Origin: Escherichia coli
GTDB lineage: Bacteria; Pseudomonadota; Gammaproteobacteria; Enterobacterales; Enterobacteriaceae
Reading direction: 5' to 3' (one strand)
Length of the DNA stretch: 289 bases
Assembly: GCF_003334385.1 (NCBI RefSeq)
Contig: NZ_QOWN01000213.1
Part shown: in pieces, positions 1-289 of the stretch
Numbering within the stretch: position 1 is the stretch's first letter
Layout: each line of letters begins with the position of its first letter
Translations under genes and position numbers: made by a program
Notes under the pieces: generated by a model
Database searches by the model: none
Told to the model about the DNA's origin: nothing
Seen by the model: only the letters and a program-made list of their open reading frames with translations

Positions 1-1
1 C

Positions 2-77
2 TGGTGGGTCGTGCAGGATTCGAACCTGCGACCAATTGATTAAAAGTCAACTGCTCTACCAACTGAGCTAACGACCC
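2..77 (-). tRNA. tRNA-Lys, anticodon UUU, complete 76-nt gene with encoded CCA
   Basis: Reverse complement of 2-77 reads GGGTCGTTAGCTCAGTTGGTAGAGCAGTTGACTTTTAATCAATTGGTCGCAGGTTCGAATCCTGCACGACCCACCA. It folds as a canonical cloverleaf: acceptor stem GGGTCGT/ACGACCC, D stem GCTC/GAGC, anticodon stem GTTGA/TCAAT, anticodon loop CTTTTAA with anticodon TTT (plus-strand 42-44 = aaa), variable loop TGGTC, T stem GCAGG/CCTGC with T loop TTCGAAT, and 3' CCA at plus-strand 2-4 (tgg). From memory it is identical to the E. coli tRNA-Lys(UUU) gene family. The paralog cannot be named from the sequence alone; lysZ is possible if this is the lysY-lysZ interval. Confidence 0.97.
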
Positions 78-111
78 ATACGGGTGTTACCTGAAAGATT
101 TTTACTCGGGG

Positions 112-128
112 CCAATCTTTAAGATTGG
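112..128. other. Inverted repeat / hairpin ccaatct-(tta)-agattgg that overlaps the CCA of the orphan tRNA fragment
   Basis: 112-118 ccaatct is the reverse complement of 122-128 agattgg, giving a 7-bp stem with a 3-nt loop (the pairing could notionally extend to 8 bp but that leaves a 1-nt loop). On the minus-strand transcript the orphan CCA is the 5' strand of this stem. Function not established. Confidence 0.45.
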
Positions 129-143
129 TGGGTCGTGCAGGAT
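126..143 (-). repeat. Orphan 18-nt duplicate of the tRNA-Lys 3' end (part of T loop, 3' T stem, 3' acceptor strand, discriminator and CCA) inside the inter-tRNA spacer
   Basis: Plus-strand 126-143 tggtgggtcgtgcaggat is an 18/18 match to 2-19 and 224-241. Identity stops abruptly at 144 (gactc versus tcgaa in the genuine genes). No 5' acceptor strand, D arm or anticodon arm is recognisable upstream of it on the minus strand, so it is not a functional tRNA. Confidence 0.75.
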
Positions 144-157
144 GACTCGCTTCGCTC

Positions 158-184
158 GCCCTACGGGCCGTTGCTGGCGCAACG
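158..184. other. Two adjacent short GC-rich hairpins in the spacer: gccc-tac-gggc (158-168) and cgttgc-tggc-gcaacg (169-184)
   Basis: Read directly from the sequence: a 4-bp stem with 3-nt loop, followed by a 6-bp perfect stem with 4-nt loop. Neither is followed by a T/U tract on either strand. They are probably structural elements of the polycistronic tRNA precursor. Confidence 0.4.
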
Positions 185-197
185 TTATCCTTCACGC

Positions 198-220
198 TTA
201 ACATCTGAGTTTGATGTTAA
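198..220. other. AT-rich inverted repeat ttaacatc-(tgagttt)-gatgttaa, an 8-bp perfect stem with 7-nt loop, 3 nt downstream of the 3' CCA of the upstream tRNA-Lys copy
   Basis: 198-205 ttaacatc is the exact reverse complement of 213-220 gatgttaa. On the minus-strand transcript the hairpin starts 3 nt after the CCA of the 224-289 copy. No U-run follows, so it is not an intrinsic terminator. It is a candidate trailer-processing structure. Confidence 0.45.
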
Positions 221-223
221 AAC

Positions 224-289
224 TGGTGGGTCGTGCAGGATTCGAACCTGCGACCAATTGATTAAAAGTCAACTGCTCTACCAACTGAG
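224..289 (-). tRNA. tRNA-Lys, anticodon UUU, second copy truncated by the window edge (tRNA nt 11-76 present; 5' 10 nt would lie at 290-299)
   Basis: Positions 224-289 are 100% identical to 2-67, and position 223 equals position 1. The D stem/loop remainder, anticodon arm (TTT), variable loop, T arm, acceptor 3' strand and CCA are all present. Only the 5' acceptor strand is missing because the window ends. The repeat period is 222 bp. Confidence 0.93.

Noticed and set aside
2-77. Phage-encoded or variant tRNA-Lys, as used to evade tRNA-Lys-cleaving anticodon nucleases (PrrC, PARIS-type)
   Set aside because: Both copies appear identical to the canonical host tRNA-Lys(UUU) sequence and the context looks like a chromosomal tRNA operon. 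Nothing in the window encodes or implies a defence or counter-defence function.
78-125. Internal promoter for the downstream tRNA-Lys copy (minus strand)
   Set aside because: No acceptable -35/-10 pair with 16-18 bp spacing was found on the minus strand; the best -35-like hexamer, tttcag, is only 3/6. The copies are most likely co-transcribed from an upstream operon promoter outside the window.
142-201. Plus-strand ORF of 19 codons (ATG 142-144 to TAA 199-201), antisense to the tRNA operon
   Set aside because: Too short, no properly spaced Shine-Dalgarno sequence (gcagg directly abuts the ATG), no promoter evidence on the plus strand, and it overlaps the orphan tRNA fragment.
40-204. Minus-strand ORF of 54 codons (ATG at 204-202, stop TAA at 42-40)
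   Set aside because: It runs straight through the spacer hairpins and into the tRNA-Lys gene body, has no convincing ribosome-binding site, and lies inside a tRNA precursor. This is a reading-frame artefact.
112-220. Rho-independent terminator among the spacer hairpins
   Set aside because: None of the three hairpin regions is followed by a T/U-rich tract on either strand, and the stems at 112-128 and 198-220 are AT-rich.
126-241. attL/attR pair of an integrated element (direct 18-bp tRNA 3'-end repeats)
   Set aside because: The direct repeats are only about 80-106 bp apart and enclose no coding capacity, integrase or cargo. At most this is a scar or array-recombination product, not a resident mobile element.
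1-289. CRISPR-like repeat-spacer periodicity (identical repeats separated by about 146 bp)
   Set aside because: The repeat unit is a full cloverleaf tRNA gene, not a 24-48 bp CRISPR repeat, and only two units are visible.

Overview
This 289-bp window is a tandem tRNA-Lys(UUU) array read on the minus strand, not a protein-coding or defence locus. It holds one complete 76-nt tRNA-Lys gene (2-77), a 146-bp spacer (78-223), and a second identical tRNA-Lys copy cut off by the window edge (224-289, tRNA nt 11-76). Positions 1-67 and 223-289 are 100% identical. The tRNA sequence matches what I recall of the Escherichia coli / enterobacterial tRNA-Lys(UUU) family (lysT/W/Y/Z/Q/V), and the 146-bp spacing fits my memory of the lysY-lysZ interval of the lysT operon seen in reverse complement; both points are from memory and need an alignment to confirm. 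The one feature not explained by ordinary tRNA genes is an orphan 18-nt perfect copy of the tRNA-Lys 3' end, CCA included, inside the spacer (126-143). The spacer also carries several hairpin-forming inverted repeats. I find no supportable CDS, promoter, intrinsic terminator, CRISPR array or mobile element, and no evidence in the sequence for a novel biological system.
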